From: Cycas panzhihuaensis
Taxonomy: Eukaryota; Plantae; Cycadophyta
DNA length: 64,000 bases
Reading direction: 5' to 3'
NCBI GenBank assembly: GCA_023213395.1
Contig: CM041465.1
Span: 76,515,741-76,579,740, forward strand
The notes below the pieces were generated by a model that had not been told where the DNA came from, made no database searches, and saw only the letters and a list, made by a program, of their open reading frames with translations. The position numbers and the translations under genes are program-made. Below are positions 52,990-64,000 of the stretch, in pieces (position 1 is the first letter of the stretch; each line of letters starts with the position of its first letter).

Positions 52990-55900
52990 GCGTTGCGAAC
53001 CAACTTGCCGCCTCATCCTCCCGAAGTTCCTAGATTCGATGGGACTTCGTCGAAGACCATGAGCATGTCCGTAGTTTCTCTATGGCATGCATCGACATCG
53101 GGCTTACGACCATATTTTGATGAAACTCTTTCCTCGATCCTTGCAGGTGACGCCTTAAATGGTTTTATCGTCTCCCCGCCCACTCGATCTATTCATTCCA
53201 AGAATTGGTGGGCGAGTTCATCAATTACTTTGATGTAGCTCGCCCATTCGAGAGCGGATGAAGTCCCTTCTCTCGCTCAAACAAGGTCACGATGAGATGA
53301 ATCGTGACTTTGTGCGGCGATTCCACGATCCGCTTCACTCCACCAAGGCGACTTTGCCCGAGGAGTCGGGACTGTTTGTCAATGCGCTTCGTCCCAAGTC
53401 CACGTGGAAGTCCTCAAGATGGGGCGACCACGTGATTCCGCGATCGCCAAGTGCTTGGCGTTGGAGGCTATTGAGATCCAAGGCGGTCTCAAGAAACCTC
53501 TTAAGCCCTCACAACGCGTGAGGCACCACCCCTACCAAAGACACTAAACCTTCTCACCGACGCGGTCTTCCTCTCATCCCACCGAGAGGACCTTAGATCC
53601 CCTCACTCGCCTATACGCCTGCTCGAGGCACGATGAAGGAGCTCAAGCTTCAAGGTCCTTCGTCTCCTACTTCAAACAAACAAGTCCAACAAACTACCCA
53701 AGCTCCTCTTCCTGTGAATGGGAACGCCTCCCTCCCAAGCGAGAAGGTCCGACCCTCCGCTTGAGAAGAAGTGGTGTTCCATTCATGGGGATTGCTTCCA
53801 TGACGATTCACGTTGTAGGGCCCAAAGATCCAAAGGATGCCCTCGACGATTCCTCTCCCAAACGGCCTCAAGGCCTAATCTAGACTAACGTGTTCATAAG
53901 GATCCGTTCCCTAAACATGGGGAACGTGATCGCAACCCCAAACCAAGAACAACCGTAACCGAGGAAGATCACCTGATCCCGGCCCTTCCCGCGACAAAGG
54001 GAGGGGCGCCTAACTCTTCTTCATCTTCTCGTTCTCCTGGCCAGTACTCGTCGCCTTCACGACCGGAATAGGGGAAGAAGGTGATTCGGTTGCTTGAAGC
54101 AACTCCGACTTTCGCCTACGCGATCTCAAGCCGCTAAGGAAGCGGCGGGGAGCCGGTTCTTCCGCTCCTTCCGATCCCTTCCCGAGACCCTTCCTCCCGA
54201 ATCCTCTTTCCCCAAGGCTATTCCTCGTGGCGCCCGTTACGACTTCGAAGGGCACTTACCCAACCCACCGAAGGGTAAACCCTTCTCCGTCGTGGACGAG
54301 CTCCATACGGCCGCCGCAGAATGTCCTTGATGGACGTTCGAGGAGTTGTCCGAGCAACGGGCCCTCCTCTGGAAGCTTTAGGATCGGAGATGTGCTGCCC
54401 ACGCTTTGGGCGTCACCCAAGGTGGCGGACCCACTATTTCCTTCGATCCTAAGGATCTTCCTCCCACGGTGAGCAGGGAACGGTGGAACTTCCCATTCAC
54501 CATCACGATCGTCGCTGATTGTACCCTCAGAAGAACCTGTCGACATAACGGCTCTTACATCGATGCCATGCCCTTGCGTGTTATGCAAGAGCTTGGTATC
54601 TCCGCCTGGAACCTGCCTGGCGATGCCAAGGGTATGACGGTGGCGAAGACCCTCTCGGACCGCCGCGATCCCGCTCACCCTTGGGGCAAACTGCCTTGCC
54701 GGTGTCGTCGTCCTCGGCGTGGTCGTGGATTACAACCTCCTTCTGGGTCGCCCGTGGCTCGACCAAATGGGAGCCGTGTGTTCGACCCTTTGGGGACAGC
54801 TTAAATTCGTCCATGACGGACGAATGAGAGTGGTTCCCCGTGAACGCCCTTTTTCCAAACAAACTCGTTATGCCAATTCGGCAAACCAAGGTTCACCCAC
54901 TCACGCCTCGGCTTGTTCAATTGGTATACCCAATCCGTCAGAAGAAGATCCCACATCTTCCCTTCCTAGTCTCGCACGTTTTGCCCCTATTGGCGTCGGA
55001 GTTATGGGTACCTTGCTTCGTTCAGCGATGATGAATCGCTTGACGGAGACGAGGGTTGTCTCCACCCCATTTCTTTCCTTCGCGCCAATGGGTCGCACTG
55101 CCTCGCCTAGACCCTCGTTTGGAACCTCTCGTTGGCGAGACTAGCCCCTCGTGCGTGTCACACACCATCGCCAGGCCGACCCGCCCGCCGGTTCTTCTTT
55201 TCATTACCCGCAGTGATGGTTTTGAGGAATTGCCTTCGCTCCTCTCGAGGAGCCTCTTTCAGTTTTCCTTGATTCCATGAAAGAGTTGAGCGATCCGATG
55301 ATCACCCGGTCCCGTTGCTCCTTTCCTTCTAGCGCTTCTTCTACTCGAAATAGGGTCATCCATGGAGTGGACTATTTCGAGGATGATGAAGCCCTCACTG
55401 AGCACCAAGTGCCTTGCACCTAATCGCCTTACGGTCACCACCGCTCGGCCACCAGGAAGATCCTTGCGATCGGATCCACGCCGATCCGATCCCTCTCCTA
55501 TTCCTCCTCCTCGTTGATCTTGCCCCTCTTCACTTTGAAGAGGGCAATGCCATGTGCATGGGGAATTCAAGACGTAGTCTTGGCCCCTGCAAGGTCATTA
55601 GGGTTGGGGCGAATGCTCTCTGATGAGATTAGGGAATATTCCCTTCATTCCGTGAATTTCGAGACATTTTCGCGTGGGATTATCTCGACATGAAGGGAAT
55701 CGACCCTCGATTGTCACCCATAACCTCACCACCCTTCCTGGCGCCTGGCGCGGAAAGCGGCGTCCTCTTCACCCAAGCTCTCTCCGTCAAGATGGAGGTT
55801 GAAAAGCTCGGATCTCGGCCTTGTTACTTCTATTGATTACCCTAAGTGGGTCTCTAATATTGTTCCGTTGCCAAAAAGAACGGGGCAATCCGCATATGCG

Positions 55901-58259
55901 TCGATTTCCGCGATATCAACAACGCTTGTCCTAAGGACAATTTCCCGCTACCCTTCTTAGATCAAATCATTGATCGCACCACCGGATTCGAAGTGATGTC
56001 CTTAATGGACGGCTTCTCCGGTTACAACCAAATTGATTTCCAAGACCGCCATAAGACGGCCTTCACTACTCCCTGGGGTACCTTCGCCACAAGGCGTGCC
56101 CTTTGGCCTTAAAAATGCAGTGCTACATATCAAAGAGCCATGCACTTCATCTTCCACGATCTCATCAACGACACGTTGGAGGTCTTCATGGACGATATGA
56201 TGGGTCTTTCTCGCGTGAGAGCCCATCACCCTTCCGACTTGCGTGCCATCTTCTCACGATGCCGCGAGTATCACGTCAGTCTTAATCCGCTCAAATGTGT
56301 GTTTCTGCGTCACTCGGGTAAACTCCTTGGGTTCCTTGTATCCAAACATGAATTCAGATCGACCACGACAAAGTCGTGGCGATCTCGACATGCCGCCTCC
56401 TAGAACTCAACGCAGATCAAGTCGCTTTCTAGGTAGGCTCGGTTTCCTTAGCGCTTCCTACCGACTTCGTTGTGAATGCTAAACCCCTTACGAACCTGTT
56501 GAAGAAGGGAGCTCCTTTTGCCTGGTCTGACAAGACCCAAAAGGCCTTCGAAGGACTCAAGGAAGCCCTGGCTTCCGCTCCTACGTTGGCGCCTCCCCGA
56601 TTTGATAGGCCCTTCGTTTTGTATACCTCGGCGACTGACGAGTCCTTGGGCGCTATGCTCGCTCAGGAGGATGACTCAGGAACTGAGAGAGCTATATACT
56701 TCATCAGTCGTACCCTTGTGGCTGCCGAATTTAACTATTCCCCTGCCGAGAAGGAATGTCTCTCCTTGGTCTACGCGACCAAGAAGTTTAGGCATTACTT
56801 GCTCGGCAATACTACCAAGGTGATCATTCAATCCGATCCCTTGAGATACTTACTAACTCGTTCAGACTTGACGGGTAGGGCTGGTCGTTGGGCTGTCCTA
56901 CTCCAAGAATTTGATCTCCTTATCGTTAACCGGAAATCAAAGAAGGGCATGATAGTGGTCGAGCAACTTGCAGACACCCCTATCCCTAACTCCTTTGATA
57001 CTCCCGTTGATGACTCTCTCCCCGATGAGTCTATCCTGACGATCCGGGAGTTCGTCCCCATCCACTCAACGACAATGAGTGGTGCGGTGACATAGTGCGG
57101 ATCTCACAGCAATACCGCCCGACACTAGTAACAAAGTTAAATCTGCATCAGGACTTACGCTCGGAATACCTCCTCGTGGACGGTATTGTACAAGAGGTCC
57201 TTCGATGGGATCCTTCTCCGTCACACCGACGAAGCCGACCGGTGTTTCGAATGCCACCACGGCATTTGTGGGGGTCACTGGGGCGATCTATGGCTCGGAG
57301 GATCCTCCGTATGGGCTACTTTTGGCCATCTCTTTTAAAGGCATACGCCTTTGTCTTTGAAATGTCGGCGATGTCAAGAGCATGCCAACATTTCCCATGT
57401 GCCTTCGAGACTTTGCACCCTATTGTTTCGCGCCATGGCCTTTCGCTTGGGGATTAGACCTCATCTGGGCTATTTCCCTTCGCCGTCGTCATGACAAGTT
57501 CATCTTGATCGCCACGGAATATTTCACCAAATGGGCTGAGGCCATCCCTTTGATCACTACCCCAAAACGATTGCCACATTCATCTATCGACATCATTTGC
57601 CGCCGGATTCGGACGTCACGACACAAACAATGGAACCCCTTTTGTAATAAGGAGGTGGATGAGCTTTGCGAGAAGTTTAAAATCTCCATAAGACTTCCTC
57701 TCCTTACTACCCTCGTGCAAATGGCGGTGGAGTCTTTTAACAAGACTCTTATCAACATTCTCAAGAAAGCCGTCGGTCAATCCCAAAGGGATTGGCACCT
57801 TCACCGCCTCCGCCTTATGGGCTTATCGTACCTGCCCGCCACGGGAATGACCCGTTCTCCACGGGTCTACGGATTGGCGGTACTCCCATTGGAGGTGGAG
57901 ATTCCTTCCTGCGAGTCTCCCTTGAGGTTTCATCGACGATGAGTCGATCCGTCAGCACGCCTTTCTGGACCTCAAGCTTTGATGAGAGACGCCAGCCGCC
58001 ATCGTGCTAACCTAGCATCCAAAGCCCGCTCACAAAGCGCCCACGATAAACACTGCGTTCCTGCCCTTTGTTTCCTGGGGACTATGCCCTCCAGCTCGGA
58101 TATCTCCATGCCCGTTTGACCAAATTCCCACCCCGGTGGGCCGGTCCTTTTGTCATTATCGTACCTCTCGATCTTGGTGCCTATGGGATAGCCACCACGG
58201 AGGGGCTCGAATTTGAGTAAGCGGTTGATGGGATGTTTCATAAGAAGTTTTACGCTTGA
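52990..58259 (+). pseudogene. Frameshifted gag-pol of element I
   Basis: Gag (EVPRFDG, SLLSLKQGHDEMNRDFVRRF), PR (DYNLLLGRPWLDQMGAVCSTL), RT (RICVDFRDINNACPKDNFPLP, MDGFSGYNQI, EVFMDD), RH in ORF 56472..57095, INT (APWPFAWGLDLI, ATEYFTKWAEA), ending KKFYA* at 58259. Confidence 0.92.
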
Positions 58260-58951
58260 CCCTTCTACGATCCTCGCCTCGCTCAAACGAGCCTAAACTA
58301 CCATCTTAGGTTGTCCCCATTCTTCCCGTAGCGTGTAGGATGGCTATTTAAGATGGACCCCGCTGTGTCTCTCTGGGTCCGTCCGGGGAACCCGCGTTCC
58401 GTATCCTCTTGGGAACCTTGGTCCTCTCGCTTGGGCATCTCCCAACCGGAGGACGCTTGGGGCATTGTTGCCCTCTTTCTGTCTGGCGTTTCCTTCGCAT
58501 ATCCTGCTATGCTCTCCTCAGACATGTATGCCGCCCTGCTTCCTAACCTCACACCTCCATGTCGTCCCGCTCACGGCGTGTGTGTGTGTGCCCCTGTTAG
58601 GTGTGTGGTTATACATGGAAGGAAACGTGTGCATCATACTATAAAATGTTCATAACATGAATCACCTACTACACAACATAACACTCACCCCATGCATATA
58701 TACATATCAAAATCATATCCCATCATACATCCCAGGAAGCCGGTGTCCTTGCAGGGGGGTACAATCATATGGTCCTATATATGACCCCCCGGAGGCCCGT
58801 GCTTTCATCTGCCAATGTCCATCCATGTTCATCCGCTATGGCCCATACAGGTTACCTCATTGCTAGGTCCTCCTACCCTCGACGCCACCGTTGTCTACAT
58901 TTCTACGTGTTGCCTTAAACGTTGAACGTCTGCTAGGATTATGTGTCACCT

Positions 58952-59382
58952 ATGTCTGTCTACATCTTTACCGACGTGAAGCCATGGTAACCTCGACCTT
59001 CATTGCGTGGATTCTCCGCAGCCCTTCCGTTATGATCTCCTCCGCTGGGATTTTCCTCCGGAGGCTACCAACAATGAAGCCGAGTATCACACCGCCATCA
59101 AGCCCTTACCGATGCCCTTCGTTTCCATCACGGACCCATTGTTTTGCTCTGCGACTCTCAAGTTGTGGTGTCTCATCTCACCTGGTCTACCGTGCGATGC
59201 CCTCACTTGAGGACTCTTGCTTCGCCAGATCCCTCCGGCGTTTCTCTTCTGTTGATATCGGATATCCCTCGGGCTCTCAATGCCGAGGCGATAGCCTTGT
59301 TCGCCTCATCCTTGAGCGCCACTGTCTCGCCGACTGGCCGTCCCGAGTCTTGCTTGGCCTTCCGTCGCCCAAGCCTCGGTAG
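58952..59382 (+). pseudogene. Stand-alone archaeal-type RNase H (aRH) reading frame of element I, frameshifted in this sequence
   Basis: Across frames: MSVYIFTD...HGN...AWILRSP...FPPEATNNEAEYH...LCDSQVVVSHL...DIPRALNAE(A)DSLVR, giving the four acidic catalytic positions of RNase HI. Confidence 0.85.
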
Positions 59383-59726
59383 TTGGTCGCTCCCAGCGAT
59401 TTGCTCGCACCTCAAATCGGGTTGCTAACGAGGTAAAACTATGGTACCCACCATTTGTTCCCCATGTGGTCTGCATGCTCCTTTGCATTCATTGTGGTGG
59501 GGGCACCCCTCGCCTCTCTTTCTCCCATCGGTTTCGGTGTGGCTCATAGTGCCCTATGTTGTCTCCACCGCCGCCGTATCCACGCGTTCGCCACGACACT
59601 CGCGGCACCCTTGCCACCGATCCGATCTTGATTGATATATCTATATACACATGTACATCGGTTGTGTTGCCGGCGATTCGCCAACGCATCTGGCTTCCGT
59701 GCGGCGAGGCTCACGCCATAAGGCGA

Positions 59727-62259
59727 TGTTCCGACTCCGGAATGGATACGGAATCACCGACTCAGGTAAGTGCAGGTATGACTCTAGCATTATCGTCACT
59801 TTTATGTACCGATTATGCCTTACATATTTGCATGCGTATGACTTTGTGGGCGGCACGGTCGTCGTCCACACCTATGTTTAGCCTATGACGACTATAGCGG
59901 GGCACACTCTTAGCGAGTGTGGCACCTTGGTGACCGTATTACTTCCCGTTGCCCTCCTCTCTCCGGATCCACCGGGTTTGCGCCACCTCCACCCGTGTGA
60001 TGTCTCATCGTCGCTTGGTTAGCTTGCCACCTCATTTGGGGGCCTATTTACGCTCCGTGGGCCCGTTTCTTGGCTTGTTTGCTCCGGGTGGGTGTTTTAG
60101 TTGTCCTTTAGCCTTTTGCCGTTTGCCCCTGACTGGACCGGTTGGCGCCCCATTTGTGTCTCTGGTGCATCTGCATTGTAATCTTGGCAGGCCGTGATCT
60201 TCGGCATCACTGGAATTTCAGCAGCATGTCAGCTGAAAATTGATCGCCAATTTCTGACGATCTCTGTTTGTTTTTAAAATCCACTGTGGCAATTTCGCAT
60301 TTATTGCGAAACTGCCACGTGGTTCGCGCCTTTTTCCCTTCCGGTAGGTACCTATTCGCGTACTTTAGGGTTTTGCTTTAGTACTTAAGCATCTTTTGGG
60401 ACTTTTTGGATTTTTTACTCACTTTTGGAAGTTACTCAAGAAAACTCTCTCTTGCTCGCTCGCTCTGCTTTTCTTGCTGCATAGGACTGCACTCTTCATA
60501 CTACCACGGCTCTCCTTCGGCTCGGTTGAAACATTCTCTCAACCCCTCAAGCGCCTTGGAGAGGGCTCCTTGAAGCGGTTTCTGGCCGGTCTCTATCCAG
60601 CGATCCATGAGCCCTACGTTTGTGTGTTCTCCATCATACCGTAGCGGGGCCTCAAACCCGCTCTGCTCCGGATCCGGGTGTTTTTCCACCCTCCTTCATT
60701 GTCCTTTGGCCGAGGCAAGCCCTTGCCTCTTCCTCCTGTGTACTCTTTACTTTTGTTAAGTTCTTTGCAATATTCTTGCTCCAAATTTCATTTGTTCATG
60801 TTTGTTGCTTGAAGTTTGATCCTCTTTCCTTTGTGAGGACTGTTCCACTTTCTCTTGTCTCTTGCTGCGGCTTTGTCCAAAGCGGGCGTGAGGGGTTGCA
60901 TAGGCTTTGGGAGAGGAGCCTGGGTGGATTCCGTACCACCTTCCACGCTCCCGAAGTGGCTCCAAGCCCTCCAAAGCTTCCCTCTCGCCTCATGTTGCTC
61001 TTGGCCATCTAAACAAGGGTTTAGAGACTCAGGTACCTAAACCAAATACTGCATCACGAGTTGCAGTGATTTGGGACCCTTGCTCAGTTTGGGAATCATT
61101 CGTAGTTCTCAACTACCATTCGTGCTTTGCCTTTGCTCCCGGTTACGGTTTGCTCCCGTAGTATGCCGGTTCCCCGTGGGTGTCTTTGGGTCTTTCTTGC
61201 CCCTTCTTGCAGCCGTTTTCCAGCCTTGAGTCTTGACTTTCTCCTCGCGGCCCCGTGGCTCTTGGGGAGAGGTTTGGGCACCATTTGCGGGCGGTAGGCC
61301 ACTCCGAGGCTTACCTTGTTGTTTCCTTTCGTTTGGATCGTTCTTCTTTGGTATTTTCCTTATTGGACTAACATTGATGCATGTACATTTAGACTCTCGT
61401 TTATGTTGTTAGACATATATTGCTAGGTCTTTGTGTTGCATATAGGTGTCTCCCCTCGGCAGGAGGGAGACCGTTGTTGCTTACAGGTACTCGGAACGCG
61501 CGGAGAACGTTGCAGTTGCCCCTTCCACCCAGAAGCGTCCCTTGCATGTGTCATATTTTATGCTATCTCATTTGCTAGTTAGCGTTTCTTTCCTTCCTTG
61601 ATATCGCATTTATTTTTCACGGGAAGGTAAGGAAGCCCTGATCGCCGCCGCCACATTTCACATCCAAGACGCCATGTGAGTGGTTGGGTGCTCCTCAGGA
61701 AGGCTACGCCATCTCTCACGCCGGCCCGGTGCACGCTTTGTCCCCCTTCGCACTTGCTTTTTACCTTTTATTCCTTTCCTAGTAATTAGAACATCGAAAG
61801 ATTAAAAGGAAAATTGCCTTTTGTATTAGTTTGCAATTTGTTTGCCTTGTTGCATGTACTTTTGTTATTAAGTAGGAAAGGTGGTAGGAGTCTTCTTCTC
61901 TCTTACCCTTCCTCCCTCTTCCTAGCCAGCAGCTCTTGCTTCCCGCATCGCTCGTATACGGTTAGATTGCGTCGGATTGTTCTTGGCCTATCCTTGTTAG
62001 GTCCTTTCTCTCTCCTTCCGCCACCCAAGGGTGGGAGGCTATTCAGTGTCGACCCGGGTTCGTCCCCACGTATCTTCGCCCCTTCGCTCAAGGTGGTGAA
62101 GGGTCACCCAAGAGTAGCCATACTCCATTGCGGATCCCGAACTCGGGCTCCGCCGGGCGCTCTGCGTGGTAGTTGCTTGCCTTGTAGGTTCCACTTCCCT
62201 CTGGTTTCGTCACCATCTCTCCCGCTTTATCGATCGGCGGTTATCCGTAGCAGGCGTCG
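59727..62259 (+). repeat. 3' LTR of element I
   Basis: Colinear with 49149-51681; followed by the TSD. Confidence 0.93.
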
Positions 62260-63202
62260 GTTCTTACAAGTTAATATTTTAATGAACCAAAGATATAGTC
62301 CTCTTTTTAAGGCTTAACGGGAGCTTGGGGCTCAAAATATTATAAAACTATTAGTAAAAAAATTTTAGAACAATGTAAAATGGTCAAATATAATTTAGAG
62401 AGCTGCTTAATATATTTTTAGTTGAAAAAAATTGAGAAATAATATATGTAAATATGCAATAATGGCAAATTGGAGGCTGTTATGTACCTCAAATTTGATG
62501 GCTTTGAAAATAAAAAAACACTTTAAAACTTATAAATAATAGTTTTATTTTGAAGATGAGTGAGTTATCTTCCCAACAAAATTGATGGATCTGAATTTTG
62601 ATGTAAAACATAAAAGTTATAATAGAAATGGCAGCAAGAACTTTTATGTTAAAATGTTTAAAAAATACTAAAGTGTCACTTTCATTGATTAAAATAATGA
62701 TTAAAATAAATCTAAAAAATAAAACGAATAGATGGTGATGAAGTTTGCTGATAATAGATGACTGTAGAATAGATCCGGGTAGAAAATAATCTCTTGGTGA
62801 TAAAATATAAACTAATAAAGAAGAGATTTTGTGAAAATAGTTTAAAAGACTCTAAAAATCACTGATTGACATTAAACTAATTGAAATTAGGTCAAATCAG
62901 TTCCAAATATGGCATATGACCAGTTAAAATCATACCTTAGAAAATTTTAGATGAAATGGGATAGTTTTTATCTGAAACTAATGACCTAGTCAAAAGTTAT
63001 AGCAAAAATTTACTAAGTACTCTATGTGGAATGAAAAACATAAAAAGAAAAAATATTGTAAAGTTATGTTAGCCCGTTTAGCAATAGGCTAAGGGTCACG
63101 TGAGGTAGAATGGGATTGATGGCTAGAGTCTTGAGTGGGGTTAGGGTTATTAATCCCTAGATTTAAAATTATATGTAATTAACTTTGTTTATTTTTAAAC
63201 TT

Positions 63203-64000
<798 letters not shown>

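Larger units (their letters stand above)
49149..62259 (+). mobile_element. Element I: GC-rich full-length Tat-type Ty3/Gypsy with additional RNase H downstream of integrase
   Basis: ~2.5-kb LTRs at 49149-51681 and 59727-62259. Exact TSD GTTCT at 49144-49148 and 62260-62264. tRNA-Arg-like PBS. Order gag-PR-RT-RH-INT, then aRH. Confidence 0.93.
47740..63150 (-). mobile_element. Element H: gag-only Copia-like LTR element, interrupted by element I; its 5' end is not resolved in the window
   Basis: LTR-like ~47740-48105 ending cccaaca, purine tract (ttcttccccttaa on +), gag 48816-48125 (PIFDGHNFSLWHKIMQNYF; TSKTIWDILISIYGG). The AT-rich leader is continuous across the insertion (aaaacgagttct|tacaagtt). 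The right boundary is uncertain. Confidence 0.65.

Noticed and set aside
400-56710. Hammerhead ribozyme / retrozyme cores (ctgatga hits near 402, 9394, 24514, 55620)
   Set aside because: No flanking helices with a correctly placed GAAA seen by eye; several hits are within coding remnants. An Infernal scan would be needed to exclude them fully.
49149-62259. GC-rich block as contamination, chimeric join or foreign island
   Set aside because: Bounded by an exact 5-bp TSD with host sequence continuous across it; the domains are plant Tat-type.
63070-63150. Telomere-like ggggttagggtt and a quasi-palindrome resembling 11562-11583
   Set aside because: Only one or two units and too short to distinguish from chance.

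Overview
Gene-free, repeat-saturated window of a large eukaryotic genome, almost certainly a land plant. A non-flowering vascular plant is suggested, not proven, by the retroelement types. It is a stack of nested LTR retrotransposons. I can delimit six elements with both LTRs and a 5-bp target-site duplication (TSD; exact for A, D and I, degenerate for B, C and E): Ty3/Gypsy A (2375-8573, -), Ty1/Copia B (9043-16027, -), gag-only Copia-like C nested in B (9694-13875, -), chromodomain Gypsy D (16592-22786, -), Copia E (26318-35006, -), and a GC-rich, apparently young Tat-type Gypsy I (49149-62259, +, ~2.5-kb LTRs). There are also decayed partial elements: a + strand gag/protease host, two tail-to-tail Gypsy elements F and G with an extra 3' ORF, and a second gag-only Copia-like element H that hosts I. 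The window ends in an ~800-bp (TA)n tract. No intact host gene, RNA gene or CRISPR array is seen. Two things stand out. (1) Element C has no pol but carries, antisense in its leader, abutting captured fragments of two unrelated host genes: a kaurene-synthase-like terpene synthase and a UPL1-type HECT E3 ligase. (2) Element I has a catalytically degenerate native RNase H and a separate archaeal-type RNase H reading frame with its own ATG ~690 bp downstream of the pol stop. All assignments come from manual reading and motif recognition; internal coordinates are approximate.
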